Positions 22,001-31,938 of a DNA stretch of 45,996 nt are shown in pieces. Source of the DNA: Hausera hauseri (lineage: Eukaryota); assembly GCA_046269625.1 (NCBI GenBank), contig JBJURY010000012.1:62001-107996 (forward strand), written 5' to 3'. Both the position numbers and the translations under genes were made by a program. Under the pieces are notes generated by a model. The model saw nothing but the letters and a program-made list of their open reading frames with translations, was not told where the DNA came from and ran no database searches. How positions within the stretch are numbered: position 1 is the first letter of the stretch; every line of letters begins with the position of its first letter.

Positions 22001-22653
22001 CATTTCAGTTTTATCTTATTGCGCTTAAATATACAAAATATTCTATATCTATCAAATAAAACTACTTTATCTTCCAAAATTATTTTTGACTTCATTATTC
22101 TAATCTCTTTATCAATATCTATATTACTTAACAAATAATATAAGGCTTCAGAACCAATTCCATATTTTATAGAATCGCCATACTCTAATATATTTCTATA
22201 ATATTCACTTCTAGTTAATACAGTAAATTTTTTTAAATGACTAACTTTAGAATTCAAAACTATATAATTTTCATAATATATTACCTTCTCCAACTTTTTA
22301 TAACTTATACCTAATATAATACTTAACTTTGAAGGAAGTGTTCTTAAATACCAAATATGACATATAGGAATAACTAATTTTATATGACCCATCCTATCTC
22401 TATTATAACAATTATTTAAATATTCTGTATCACAAACAAAACATGTTTTAAGATTATTTTTACCTTTACAATATATACACTTTGATTTATTAGTCCCAAA
22501 TATTTTTTCACAAAACAATCCTCCTGGTTCCGGTTTAAAAGATCTATAGTTTATTGTTTCAGAATTTTTAACTTCACCGTAAGACCAGGAGGTTATTTCT
22601 TTGGGAGAAGCAATGGAAATTTTTATATTAGTAAAATAATTACCTTTACTCAT
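18979..22653 (-). CDS. rpoC: RNA polymerase beta' subunit
   Basis: [33 protein letters not shown]. Confidence 0.98.
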   Translation of the reverse strand: MSKGNYFTNIKISIASPKEITSWSYGEVKNSETINYRSFKPEPGGLFCEKIFGTNKSKCIYCKGKNNLKTCFVCDTEYLNNCYNRDRMGHIKLVIPICHIWYLRTLPSKLSIILGISYKKLEKVIYYENYIVLNSKVSHLKKFTVLTRSEYYRNILEYGDSIKYGIGSEALYYLLSNIDIDKEIRIMKSKIILEDKVVLFDRYRIFCIFKRNKIKLKWLMLTVLPVLPAGLRPIVRLNNGRYAISDINILYKYVLDRNNRLRRMQKINTPELIIINEKKLLQEAVDSLFDNIKSKKILRNSNRKPLKSISDNLKGKTGRFRQDLLGKRVDYSGRAVIVVDPFIKIKFCRIPIKIGIELFKPIIYNRLLKDNIFLNFISIREEVNKFSDNVIRILNDIIKDYPIILNRAPTLHRLSIQAFYPILTKKNTIFINPLVCSSYNADFDGDQMAIHLPVSKRSKYEVNELILDNNKLLSLSNGEPVIYPTQEMIIGLYLLTIKFIKISKKVLYFYNLDDVIIYYYRYKINVNNEIYLNIYNDIFVSTTIGRIIIFNEIKCFKLFKYFNDVLSKDKIILLIKKIYSYKKYDITINFVEKLKYLGFYFSTFFGYSLSIDDIIIPSLKNILLKKYIGKNIFLIKKYNSYLISNKSLCVKIKSLWLKLISIIDYIIKNISLKENKLFSNSFYCIFNSGVKNSLLQIRQLSSIKGLIYKPDTSFVTIPVLSNFKEGLSLLEYFISTSGARKGLIDTSLKTASSGYLTRRLVDVARDSIILSRNCFTKRGLYIDNIDKNKLYGRISLFNIYYKDKVLIKKDSVFINDNINLLIDKGINMVYLRSPVFCNLKKGICILCYGFDLSISRYAKIGDSVGVIAAQSIGEPGTQMTMRTFHIGGVNESNNITINKLYSSYSGYIKYSPYLKIYCKNNIINVLSNKGDIFIVDKYGMSLKTIKVYKNCILYVNNNMIINKDKLIVLYKNIPIRNRIDITESLIKISRLFEVNNIKSKSQLSDITGVVNYSFRNNNVYLYIKNNLLNKKYIIKSNKFNCIDNNSLILKFKRLSRGNIDMKDYLIKSGLNTYIINMLNKIQYIYNNQGIFINNKHIEVILSLMVRNIKVSVHKNNINIYNKEIVDHIKYFKNKKYINMYKNIVTGITKVSLNNTSFISSASFQETAKILTNAVFLNKQDTFVGVKENIISGRVPPLGTGLNLNYVNNKSIIKKMQKEKKEKAK

Positions 22654-25600
22654 ATGTAGATATACTTATTCCTAAAGATCTTATTTCTTTTTCTAAAATC
22701 TTAAAAGACTCTGGAACTGAAATACAAATATCATTACTATCATATAATAATTTTTTATAAACTGTTTTTCTACCATATATATCATCTGATTTTATAGTAA
22801 GCATTTCTTGTATAGTATAAGCAACTCCATAAGCTTCTAAAGCCCATACTTCCATTTCACCAAATCTTTGTCCACCAAAATTTGATTTACCTTTTAAAGG
22901 TTGCTGAGTTATTAAAGAATAAGGACCAACTGATCTAGAATGTATTTTATCAGAAGATAAATGATTAAGCTTTAAATAATATAAATATCCGAAAGAAACA
23001 CGTTTTAAATATCGTTTACCTGATATACCATCATATAAATAAACCTTCTTTTCTATACTACCGTTCACAAGATTAATAATATAGTTTAGCTTAGTTATAT
23101 CAAAACCATTAAATGTGGGAAAAACTAAACTAATTCTATCTATATCTAAATAAAATCTATTACATAATATATTTTTATATTGATTATACTTTTCCAAAGC
23201 AAAATAAAAATTCCTTAGGAGATATTTCAATTCTAAATATCTATTTGAATCTATTAAATTTTTCATCTTTCTTTTTAGTAGGAACATTAAATACCCCCAA
23301 TGCAACTCATATAATTGTCCCAAATTCATTCTAGAATGAATGCTTAAAGGATTTAATATCATATCGCAAATAGTACCATCAACTAAATAAGGCATCTCAT
23401 TTGTTTCTAATATTTTTGATACCACACCTTTGTTGCCATGTCTACCTGACATTTTATCACCTACCTCAATTTTTCTTTTTGAAATAATTGTTATGACTAT
23501 TTTTTTTAATATATTTACCCCAAGACTACTACTAATATTATTATTATTATATTTACATTTTATTTTACTTAATCTATTATTTATGTAACTAATATATTTA
23601 TATATACAATTAATACAACTTTTATTTTTTTTCAAAATAAAACGACTAAATTTAATGAAACCAACTGTACAAATACATCTCTTTAACAATTTTATATTAT
23701 TTAAATAGTATAAACATTCATTAAAGTAATAAGATATATAATTACTATAATTGATATACTTTCTTTTTTTAAAAATTTTATTATTTTTAATTAAAATTAT
23801 TTTATTTTTTTCAATTATTTTAATATTAGATATAATTCCAGTAATATTGTGTGTTAACCTTACAGATCTATCAACATAATTAGAATTCTTATCATTAAAT
23901 ATAGCATAAAGAATATTTTCTTCAGGTAATATAAAACGCTTACCTGTAGGTATTAACTTACTAACTAATATATCATTTCCTTTTACTCTAATACCGGTTC
24001 TTATAATACCAAAGCTATTTAAATTATTACAATAATTTATTGGTAAATAAAAATTATTTTTCGAAGTGAATTCAGCTCCGTGTCTAGTATTCTTTATCAA
24101 ACATTCTATTTCTTTAATATGTATACTAGTAAAAATATCACTATCTAATAATCTCTTAGAAATAATAATAGAATCTTCAAAATTAAATCCTTTATAAGGT
24201 AAATAAGCAGCTAAAATATTTTGACCAAAACAGAAATCTCTCTTAAATGAATTATTGTTTTCAGAAATAATTTTTTTCTTTTTTATTAACTGATTTCTAC
24301 TTAAACAAGGGATATAATTGATCAGTAGATCTTGATTAGATTTAATATTTTTTTTAAGGAAAAGTACTAATACTCTAAAAAACTTCCTGAAAAATATTTT
24401 TAAAATAATAATATTATTATCTAAATACAATACCAAAGATTTATTCTTTAAGAATAAAGAACTATAAGAATAAAGAACAACATTTTTATCATATCCGGTA
24501 ATAATAATAGGAGTCATCTTAACCAAACAAGGTAAAGATTGTCTTTGCATATTAGATCCCATTAAAGCTCTATTAGAATCATTATGCTCTAAAAAAGGGA
24601 TTAATATAGTTGCTAAAGAAAAAACTTGAATAAATGAAATATTAATATACTCTATATTATTTTTTGATATAGGTATAATATTATTATTACTTCTACAATA
24701 AACAATATCATTACTAATAGATAAATTAGTATCTACACAATCTATTTGTGCTAATTTTTTTTTTATTTCATCTACAGCAGAAAGGAAAAACATCTTTCTC
24801 GAAAAGAAACCATTTATATATCTAAAATAAGGTGTTCTTAATATACAATATTTATCAATAAAGGAAAAAAGAGAAAAGGAATTTACTAATCCTATATTAG
24901 GACCTTCTGGAGTTTCAATAGGACATATTTTACCAAACTGAGAGATATGAATATCTCTCAGTTTATATCCCGCTCTACATTTTTTTATATTATCTGAACT
25001 TAATGACGTGATCTTTCGTTTGTGAGTTAAGTCGGATAAAGGATTAGTTTGATCTAGAAATTGAGATAATTGAGAAACACAAAAAAATTCTTTAAATAAA
25101 GAATTTATCATACTTGTATTAAATAAGCTTTTTAAAAATTTTCTATATTTAAAATTAATTAATTTAGTATATATACTATGTCTATAATTTAATAAAAAGT
25201 TTCTAAGTAATTCCTCAATAACAGCACCTAAACTTTTTATTTTTTTATTAGTCAAACAATCAATATTATTAAAAAAGTTTACATTATTATCTAATAAAAC
25301 TTTTATTATTTCTATAACGGAAAAATTATTTACTTTGATATTTAATTTTCTAAAAAATCCTTTGTCATCATTTACTAAAGAAAATACAATATTCAAATCA
25401 TTAAAAATCTCTTTGATATCTTCTATATTCTTTGTAGAATACTTATATTTAGCTTTATTAATATAAAAATTATTTAGTATAATATCGTTATTATATTTTG
25501 ATTGTATTGTAAATACATTAACACTAAAATAACCTTCGAACTTGAACTTATTAGTTAAATAAATTACCTTCTTTATATTTAACCTATCATTTTTATTAAA

Positions 25601-26443
25601 TTTAACTCCATACAAATAAAAACTTCTAGATATTATAAAATTATATTTAGGTTTATTGATCTGTAAATATTTATTTTTAAATAGCAAATATTCTTTATAT
25701 TTTAAACATATATCTTTTTTTAAAACCAATAAATTATTATAATACAAATCGTAATAATTTTTTTTATTAACCATTCCAGTATTAAGTTGAATATACAAAC
25801 CATTAGAATTTATATATATCTTATGAAATTTTAATAAACTATTCAATACTAACTTACTATCTATATTTAAAATTTTAAATAAATCATATATAGGATATCT
25901 AGGAGTATTATTAAGTTTAAAATAAATAACAGCTTTATCTATACCGATAGATATAATATTTTTTGTGGAAACTATATTTATTATTCTCTGGTTATTATTA
26001 TCTATATTAAAATAGATTCCTGGGAATTTTCTATATTGAGAAACAACAACACGAATAATACCATTAATTAAAAATTCTCCTCTTTCAGTAATGTAAGGTA
26101 AACTACAAAAATTGAAATTAAAAAATATTCTTTCCTTACATAAACCATTTGTAAAAAAACTAATACATAATTTTAAGAAAAAATTATAACAATAAGTAAT
26201 ATTTCTAAATTTACAAATATTGTATCTAATATCTTTTCTAAAAGAATACCCTAATATATTTATCTTAATATTATTATTATTTAACAATAACTTATCAAGT
26301 ATTTTTTTTAAACCAAAACCATATCTGAGATAATTACTTTCGATAAAATTACTAAAAGATTTTTTTTGAACATATAGGGGGTTAAAAAGATATTTTTTCT
26401 CTAAAAAAAATATCTTTCTATTCCTAATTAGTAGTATTCTCAT
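22646..26443 (-). CDS. rpoB: RNA polymerase beta subunit
   Basis: ETPEGPNIGL, GDKMSGRHGNKG, GGQRFGEMEVWALEAYG. Confidence 0.98.
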   Translation of the reverse strand: MRILLIRNRKIFFLEKKYLFNPLYVQKKSFSNFIESNYLRYGFGLKKILDKLLLNNNNIKINILGYSFRKDIRYNICKFRNITYCYNFFLKLCISFFTNGLCKERIFFNFNFCSLPYITERGEFLINGIIRVVVSQYRKFPGIYFNIDNNNQRIINIVSTKNIISIGIDKAVIYFKLNNTPRYPIYDLFKILNIDSKLVLNSLLKFHKIYINSNGLYIQLNTGMVNKKNYYDLYYNNLLVLKKDICLKYKEYLLFKNKYLQINKPKYNFIISRSFYLYGVKFNKNDRLNIKKVIYLTNKFKFEGYFSVNVFTIQSKYNNDIILNNFYINKAKYKYSTKNIEDIKEIFNDLNIVFSLVNDDKGFFRKLNIKVNNFSVIEIIKVLLDNNVNFFNNIDCLTNKKIKSLGAVIEELLRNFLLNYRHSIYTKLINFKYRKFLKSLFNTSMINSLFKEFFCVSQLSQFLDQTNPLSDLTHKRKITSLSSDNIKKCRAGYKLRDIHISQFGKICPIETPEGPNIGLVNSFSLFSFIDKYCILRTPYFRYINGFFSRKMFFLSAVDEIKKKLAQIDCVDTNLSISNDIVYCRSNNNIIPISKNNIEYINISFIQVFSLATILIPFLEHNDSNRALMGSNMQRQSLPCLVKMTPIIITGYDKNVVLYSYSSLFLKNKSLVLYLDNNIIILKIFFRKFFRVLVLFLKKNIKSNQDLLINYIPCLSRNQLIKKKKIISENNNSFKRDFCFGQNILAAYLPYKGFNFEDSIIISKRLLDSDIFTSIHIKEIECLIKNTRHGAEFTSKNNFYLPINYCNNLNSFGIIRTGIRVKGNDILVSKLIPTGKRFILPEENILYAIFNDKNSNYVDRSVRLTHNITGIISNIKIIEKNKIILIKNNKIFKKRKYINYSNYISYYFNECLYYLNNIKLLKRCICTVGFIKFSRFILKKNKSCINCIYKYISYINNRLSKIKCKYNNNNISSSLGVNILKKIVITIISKRKIEVGDKMSGRHGNKGVVSKILETNEMPYLVDGTICDMILNPLSIHSRMNLGQLYELHWGYLMFLLKRKMKNLIDSNRYLELKYLLRNFYFALEKYNQYKNILCNRFYLDIDRISLVFPTFNGFDITKLNYIINLVNGSIEKKVYLYDGISGKRYLKRVSFGYLYYLKLNHLSSDKIHSRSVGPYSLITQQPLKGKSNFGGQRFGEMEVWALEAYGVAYTIQEMLTIKSDDIYGRKTVYKKLLYDSNDICISVPESFKILEKEIRSLGISISTYE

Positions 26444-26774
26444 CTATTCTATATTCCACATTTAATTTATTGAACTTATTTTTAATATCTTCTATTTCCT
26501 TCTTATCAATATTTTCTTTAACTAGAAAAGGTAAGTTATCAATTTTTTTTTTAGATTCAATCAAACTCAATCCAGTAATATTTTTAACTTCTTTAATAAT
26601 AGAAATTTTATTACCTATAATCTTACTTATATAAATATTGTATTTATGTTGTTTTTTTTTCTTTTGAATATCTTTAAAATCCTTAATATTAAACTTTGTT
26701 TCTATTATTTTAACTAATTTTACTAATTCTAAAACTGATAATTTGGTAATTAATTTAAAAATCTTTTTTATCAT
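26424..26774 (-). CDS. rplL: 50S ribosomal protein L7/L12
   Basis: LSVLELVKLVK, IKEVKNITGLSLIESK; position before rpoB. Confidence 0.92.
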   Translation of the reverse strand: MIKKIFKLITKLSVLELVKLVKIIETKFNIKDFKDIQKKKKQHKYNIYISKIIGNKISIIKEVKNITGLSLIESKKKIDNLPFLVKENIDKKEIEDIKNKFNKLNVEYRIDENTTN

Positions 26775-27186
26775 AAATAAAACATAATCTATTGATATTA
26801 AACGTCAATAGGTAAACTAATTTGATATATAAATATTTAACTGTAGTAACATTATTTAAATAAGAAAATATTTTACTAGAAATAATGGTATTATTAATAA
26901 TTGAAATTACATTGGTAAAATTGGTATATTGTGCAATTAATTTTACTGCTTCAAAAAACCGTTTAGAATAGAATAGAATAATTTTATTAGATAAAGATAT
27001 ATTTATTTTTTTCTTATCAAAAAAATAATTCAGTAGTGTATTTTTAAAGAATTTCACCTTAATGAATAAATTACTTCTAATAATACTAAATATAAAATTA
27101 AAAGTTATATTATTATAATTTAAAAAAAACAAATTATTACAATTAAATATTGTGTTTAAATAAATAAATTCTTTTTCACTAAACAT
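26755..27186 (-). CDS. rplJ: 50S ribosomal protein L10 (divergent)
   Basis: KNTL motif; upstream of rplL. Confidence 0.7.
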   Translation of the reverse strand: MFSEKEFIYLNTIFNCNNLFFLNYNNITFNFIFSIIRSNLFIKVKFFKNTLLNYFFDKKKINISLSNKIILFYSKRFFEAVKLIAQYTNFTNVISIINNTIISSKIFSYLNNVTTVKYLYIKLVYLLTFNINRLCFIYDKKDF

Positions 27187-27187
27187 A

Positions 27188-27574
27188 TTACAAATTAAAG
27201 CTTTTTAAAGTACCTTTGATTATCTTAAAACATTTATTCTTATCTAAGGTGTTAAAATCTAACTTCTTAATATCATAAATATAATTCAATAATTTATTAT
27301 TATATAGACATTTTTTTTTCTTACTTAAATCAAAAATCTTAATAGCGTAACTTACCAGAACTGAAATAGTAGGAGGTTTAATTGTAAATTTAAAACCTGA
27401 TCTTAAAATATTAATAAATACTCTATAATATAAATTTTTATTTAATAACTTAGTCTTACTATTAAACTCATTACAAAAGGTATTTATATTTATTTTATTC
27501 TGTCCTAAAACAGAAGATAATGGGGGTTTTGGAAAAGCTTTCATAGGTTTTATGTATAATTTTATAACATTCAT
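27188..27574 (-). CDS. rplK: 50S ribosomal protein L11
   Basis: PKPPLSSVLGQ, FCNEFN, KPP, GT.KS; upstream TTG extension lies inside tRNA-Trp. Confidence 0.92.
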   Translation of the reverse strand: MNVIKLYIKPMKAFPKPPLSSVLGQNKININTFCNEFNSKTKLLNKNLYYRVFINILRSGFKFTIKPPTISVLVSYAIKIFDLSKKKKCLYNNKLLNYIYDIKKLDFNTLDKNKCFKIIKGTLKSFNL

Positions 27575-27644
27575 AGAGATAAAAGGATTTAAACCTTTAA
27601 AAATGGTTTTGGAAACCAAAACTTTATCGTTAAGCTATATCTCT
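27574..27644 (-). tRNA. tRNA-Trp(CCA) with U27.U43 mismatch
   Basis: AGAGATA/TATCTCT, GCTT/AAGT, TTGGT-TTCCAAA-ACCAT, AAAGG-TTTAAAT-CCTTT; tuf-tRNA-Trp synteny. Confidence 0.9.
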
Positions 27645-28822
27645 ATCTTAGTTATAACACCTGCTCCAATAGTTTTACCACCCTCCCTGATGGCAAATTT
27701 TAACTGTTCTTCTAAAGCAATTGAAGAACATAATTCAACTTTAATATTAACACTTTCTCCAGGAAGGACCATTTTTTTTTCTTTATCTAATTTTATTATT
27801 CCTGAAACATCAGTTGTTCTAAAATAAAACTGGGGTTTATAGTCACTAAAGAAAGGAGTATGTCTACCTCCTTCCTCCTTTGATAATATATATATATTTG
27901 CATAAAATTTTTTATAAGGTTTTATACTACCAGGTTTTGATAAAACTTGTCCTCTTCTTATATCCTCTCTTTTTATTCCTCTTAATAAAATTCCTATATT
28001 ATCACCTGACTGCCCATATTGTAATACTTTATTAAACATTTCTATGCCTATACAAACAGTTTGAATAGTTTTTTTTAAACCTACAATTTCAATATTATCA
28101 TTATTTTTAATTACACCTCTCTCTATTTTACCAGTAGCAACAGTTCCTCTACCTGGAATGGAAAACACATCTTCTATAGGCATTAAAAAATCCTTCTTGT
28201 TATTATTAACAGGTGGATCTATATATTCATCCAAATAATTCGCTAAACTTACTATAGAATTAATACCATACTTATCTTTAGAACCTTCTAAAGCTAATTT
28301 AGCTGATCCTCTAATAAAAGGGGTTTTATTACCATTAAAATTATATTTATTTAATAATTCTCTAACTTCAATTTCAACCAGATCTATTTCCTCATCATCT
28401 TTTATTAAATCACATTTATTTATATAAACTAAAATCTTAGGCACTCCAACCTGCCTTGCTAACAATATATGTTCTCTAGTTTGTGGCATAGGGCCATCAA
28501 CAGCAGAACAAACTAAAATAGCACCATCCATTTGTGCTGCTCCTATTATCATATTTTTAACATAATCTGCATGACCAGGACAATCAACATGCGCATAATG
28601 TCTATCTTTTGTCTCATACTCAACATGAGTTGTATTAATAGTGATACCCCTTTCTTGTTCCTCAGGTGATGAATCAATCTCATCATATTTCTTAATCTTT
28701 CCACCATATTTTTTTGATAAAACACAAGTTATAGCAGAAGTCAATGTTGTTTTACCATGATCTACATGTCCTATAGTACCAATATTAACATGAGTTTTAT
28801 TTCTTACAAACTCCAATTTCAT
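27635..28822 (-). CDS. tuf: elongation factor Tu
   Basis: [32 protein letters not shown]. Confidence 0.99.
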   Translation of the reverse strand: MKLEFVRNKTHVNIGTIGHVDHGKTTLTSAITCVLSKKYGGKIKKYDEIDSSPEEQERGITINTTHVEYETKDRHYAHVDCPGHADYVKNMIIGAAQMDGAILVCSAVDGPMPQTREHILLARQVGVPKILVYINKCDLIKDDEEIDLVEIEVRELLNKYNFNGNKTPFIRGSAKLALEGSKDKYGINSIVSLANYLDEYIDPPVNNNKKDFLMPIEDVFSIPGRGTVATGKIERGVIKNNDNIEIVGLKKTIQTVCIGIEMFNKVLQYGQSGDNIGILLRGIKREDIRRGQVLSKPGSIKPYKKFYANIYILSKEEGGRHTPFFSDYKPQFYFRTTDVSGIIKLDKEKKMVLPGESVNIKVELCSSIALEEQLKFAIREGGKTIGAGVITKIEI

Positions 28823-28828
28823 AAACTT

Positions 28829-28900
28829 AACTTATAATTGGAATTGAACCAAAATCATTTTCCATACTAGAGAAAATCTTTACCTTTAAGTTATATAAGC
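28829..28900 (-). tRNA. tRNA-Thr(AGT)
   Basis: GCTTATA/TATAAGT, TTTCT-CTAGTAT-GGAAA, GTTCAATTC; occupies the Thr slot of the Tyr-Gly-Thr-tuf cluster. Confidence 0.87.
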
Positions 28901-28901
28901 T

Positions 28902-28972
28902 AGCGAACAATGAGGATTGAACTCATATTGTAAACTTGGAAGATTTATACTTTACCATTAAGATATGAACGC
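28902..28972 (-). tRNA. tRNA-Gly(TCC)
   Basis: TAAAT-CTTCCAA-GTTTA, GCG...CGC-T acceptor end, GTTCAATCC. Confidence 0.92.
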
Positions 28973-28976
28973 ATAT

Positions 28977-29059
28977 TGAAGAAGATTGGATTTGAACCAA
29001 TGAAGAAAAAAATCAGTAGATTTACAGTCTACTCCTTTTAACCACTCGGGAACTTCTTC
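28977..29059 (-). tRNA. tRNA-Tyr(GTA)
   Basis: GAAGAAG/CTTCTTC, GTAGA-CTGTAAA-TCTAC, long variable region. Confidence 0.95.
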
Positions 29060-29088
29060 TGCGTTCAAATACGCAAAAATACTAATTA

Positions 29089-30159
29089 TTATTTACTAGT
29101 AATTAATACATTAAAGAAATAAAATAGAAATATATTTATTTCTTTTAATACTATATTCTTTATAATGATACTATTTATATCTGATATTAATACTAAACAA
29201 ATACTATTCTTTAGTATTCTTTTTTTATCTTTACAAAGAGAAAAAAAAACTTTTCTTACATCTGAAACCTTTATTAAAATATCTATACAAATAAATTTAT
29301 TTAAAACATAATTTAACAATATAAAATACTTTTTTTTTAATGCAGTATTGAAATAAGAAAACAATAATGCTAAATAAATTCCAATGAATAAAATTCTACC
29401 GTGTGAATATTTATAATCAAAATAATTTTCTAAAGAGTGCGAAAAAGTATGTCCAAAGTTTAGCTTGAATCTTACATTAGTATCTCTATAATCCATACTA
29501 ACGATATTTAATTTACTTTTAATAGATGCTATAACAACTTTAAAAATAATTGATTTAGTAATTTTTTTTCTGTCAATAAGAAGATGTATATTATTTTTTA
29601 TGTAACAAAACAAACTCAAATTATTTATAAAGGAAATTTTAAAAATTTCAGAAAATCCATTTAAATAATCACTTAAACAAAGCGTAAATACAAAATCAAC
29701 ACAAATAAAAGTACTAAAAGGATTGTAGTACGTTCCAATACAATTTTTAGCATATATAGTATTAATACCAGTCTTTCCTCCAATACTAGCATCCACCTGT
29801 GACAATAAAGTAGTAGGCACATATATAAAGTTTATTCCTCTTAAGTATATAGAAGATATAAAACCTGAAATATCTCCAGAAACACCACCTCCTACAGAAA
29901 AAACATAATCAGATCTAGAAAAATTTAGATTCAGTAAATTATTTATGACATTATAAACGATAAAAATGTTTTTGTCAAGTTCGCTATAAATTATATAAAA
30001 ATATTTCATTACCAAATATTTATTAAATATTTTAAATACCTTATTATCTAATATAAAAAATTTTTTTTTATTAAAACTTTTAATAAATAAAAATAAATTA
30101 CTAAGCTTTTTAAAAATAAAAATTTTACTATACTCATTTCTTATTGTTCTTATATTCAT
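29089..30159 (-). CDS. aroB: 3-dehydroquinate synthase
   Basis: GGGVSGD, RGI, PTTLLSQVDASIGGKTGIN, LNFGHTFSH. Confidence 0.96.
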   Translation of the reverse strand: MNIRTIRNEYSKIFIFKKLSNLFLFIKSFNKKKFFILDNKVFKIFNKYLVMKYFYIIYSELDKNIFIVYNVINNLLNLNFSRSDYVFSVGGGVSGDISGFISSIYLRGINFIYVPTTLLSQVDASIGGKTGINTIYAKNCIGTYYNPFSTFICVDFVFTLCLSDYLNGFSEIFKISFINNLSLFCYIKNNIHLLIDRKKITKSIIFKVVIASIKSKLNIVSMDYRDTNVRFKLNFGHTFSHSLENYFDYKYSHGRILFIGIYLALLFSYFNTALKKKYFILLNYVLNKFICIDILIKVSDVRKVFFSLCKDKKRILKNSICLVLISDINSIIIKNIVLKEINIFLFYFFNVLITSK

Positions 30160-30589
30160 AAAAAGTTCTAAAAAAATTTATATTATAAATAATACTAGTA
30201 GAAATAACTAAATTAGATAAATATCTTTTTTTAAAATAAAATATAGTCTCAAAATAACACCTTTTCATTAATACTAATATCCTACTAAATAAACATCTAT
30301 TTAATATAATAATAAAACCATTAGAAATGAAATAACAAACACAATTACCAATACTAAAAACAACCTTATTACTTAACAAATCACCACCTCCGAATGAAAT
30401 AATAATAAATTTACTAAAATTAATAGAATCAGTTAATAATCTAAATTTTCTTTCAAGATAACTAACAAAAATCATTGTAGAAAATATTCTTTTAAATATT
30501 ATATCTTTATCAAAAAAATTACTCAAAACGAAATTAATAAAATAAATAAAAATACTTTTTCCAACACAAGGGAACCCTGTAACCAACAT
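30134..30589 (-). CDS. aroK: shikimate kinase (divergent)
   Basis: MLVTGFPCVGKS P-loop, ERKFR, ISFGGG; upstream of aroB. Confidence 0.8.
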   Translation of the reverse strand: MLVTGFPCVGKSIFIYFINFVLSNFFDKDIIFKRIFSTMIFVSYLERKFRLLTDSINFSKFIIISFGGGDLLSNKVVFSIGNCVCYFISNGFIIILNRCLFSRILVLMKRCYFETIFYFKKRYLSNLVISTSIIYNINFFRTFYEYKNNKK

Positions 30590-31700
30590 GAAATATAATA
30601 TAAAAAATATAATAAAAAAATATAAAACCCCATTGTTTATATACAACAAAAGGGAAATAATAAAAAATATAAAGATATTCAGAAAAAAAAATATAAAGAT
30701 ATTCTATGCGTTAAAAGCTAACTATAATGAATATATTATTAAACTATTATATAAAAGAAATATAAAGTTTGAGGTGATATCAAAAGGTGAAATTGAAAAA
30801 TTAATAAAAATAAAAGTAAAATATAAAGATATGTTATTCTCGGGAATATATAAGGAACAAAAAGATATAGATTACTCGTTGAAAAAAAATATTGGATACA
30901 TAAGCATAGATTCTTTTTATGAATTAAAAAAAATATTAGCAAACAATATTAAAAAAACAATATTATTCTTTAGAATAAATTTAAATATAAAAGTTGATAC
31001 AAAAAAAAACATTAAAACATGTTTAGAATACAACAAGTTTGGTATGAATTTGAAAGAATTACTAAAATGTATTAAGAAGATAAGAAATAAAGTGCATACG
31101 ATAGGTTTAAATACTCATTTAGGTTCACAAATTAAACAATTTAATCCTTATAATAATGCAATAAAAAAAATGGTAGACATAGGAAAAAAGATAGAAAGGA
31201 AATTTAATATTAAGGTTAATAAAATAAATATAGGAGGAGGAATAGGTATAGATTATATTAATAATAAAAATTATTTGGAAAAAATATTAAAATATATAGA
31301 AATAAAAGGTATTAATATATATATGGAACCGGGAAGGTCATTAGTTGGAAACTCATGTATAATACTAACAAAAATTGGATATATAAAAAATAGAAAATAT
31401 AAAAATATAGCAATAGTGAATATAGGTATGGATAGTATTATAAGACCAATGTTATATAAAAGTTATCATAGAATAAAAACATTATTAAGATATAAAAATA
31501 AAAAAACTATATATGAGATAGTAGGTCCGATATGTGAATCAACAGATATTTTATATAAAAAAAAAAGTTTCCATATAAAGAATGGCGATATACTAGTAAT
31601 ATATGATACAGGTGCGTATTGTTTAAGTATGAAGAGCAACTATAATATTAGAAGAATACCAAAAGAAATAATTATAAATAAAGGTATCAAAGCTATATAA
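30588..31700 (+). CDS. lysA: diaminopimelate decarboxylase
   Basis: YALKAN, KFG, HLGSQ, NIGGG, EPGR, GPICESTD, GAY. Confidence 0.95.
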   Translation: MKYNIKNIIKKYKTPLFIYNKREIIKNIKIFRKKNIKIFYALKANYNEYIIKLLYKRNIKFEVISKGEIEKLIKIKVKYKDMLFSGIYKEQKDIDYSLKKNIGYISIDSFYELKKILANNIKKTILFFRINLNIKVDTKKNIKTCLEYNKFGMNLKELLKCIKKIRNKVHTIGLNTHLGSQIKQFNPYNNAIKKMVDIGKKIERKFNIKVNKINIGGGIGIDYINNKNYLEKILKYIEIKGINIYMEPGRSLVGNSCIILTKIGYIKNRKYKNIAIVNIGMDSIIRPMLYKSYHRIKTLLRYKNKKTIYEIVGPICESTDILYKKKSFHIKNGDILVIYDTGAYCLSMKSNYNIRRIPKEIIINKGIKAI

Positions 31701-31938
31701 TTTTGATAATACCCATTTTAGAATTATCTCCATTTCTGAATCCTATTTTTTTATAAACAATTTTTTTATATATACCCAAAAGATTATTTTTTTTAAATAT
31801 ATATGGTTTATAATATATAATATTTTTATAATTTGTTATTATTTTACGTTTAGTAATTAATGAATTAAATAAGTTCAGGAATCTTTTTTTTGTGTGTTTT
31901 TTTTTAAGATTAATTTTTCTTCTTTTTCTATGCCTCAT
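31693..31938 (-). CDS. rplQ: 50S ribosomal protein L17 (short)
   Basis: MRHRK start, GFRNGDNSKM. Confidence 0.88.
   Translation of the reverse strand: MRHRKRRKINLKKKHTKKRFLNLFNSLITKRKIITNYKNIIYYKPYIFKKNNLLGIYKKIVYKKIGFRNGDNSKMGIIKII

Noticed and set aside
29056-29079. GCGT-TCAAAT-ACGC hairpin upstream of tRNA-Tyr, also complementary to the tRNA-Gly 5' end
   Set aside because: Short stem with no U-tract downstream in either direction; cannot call terminator or function
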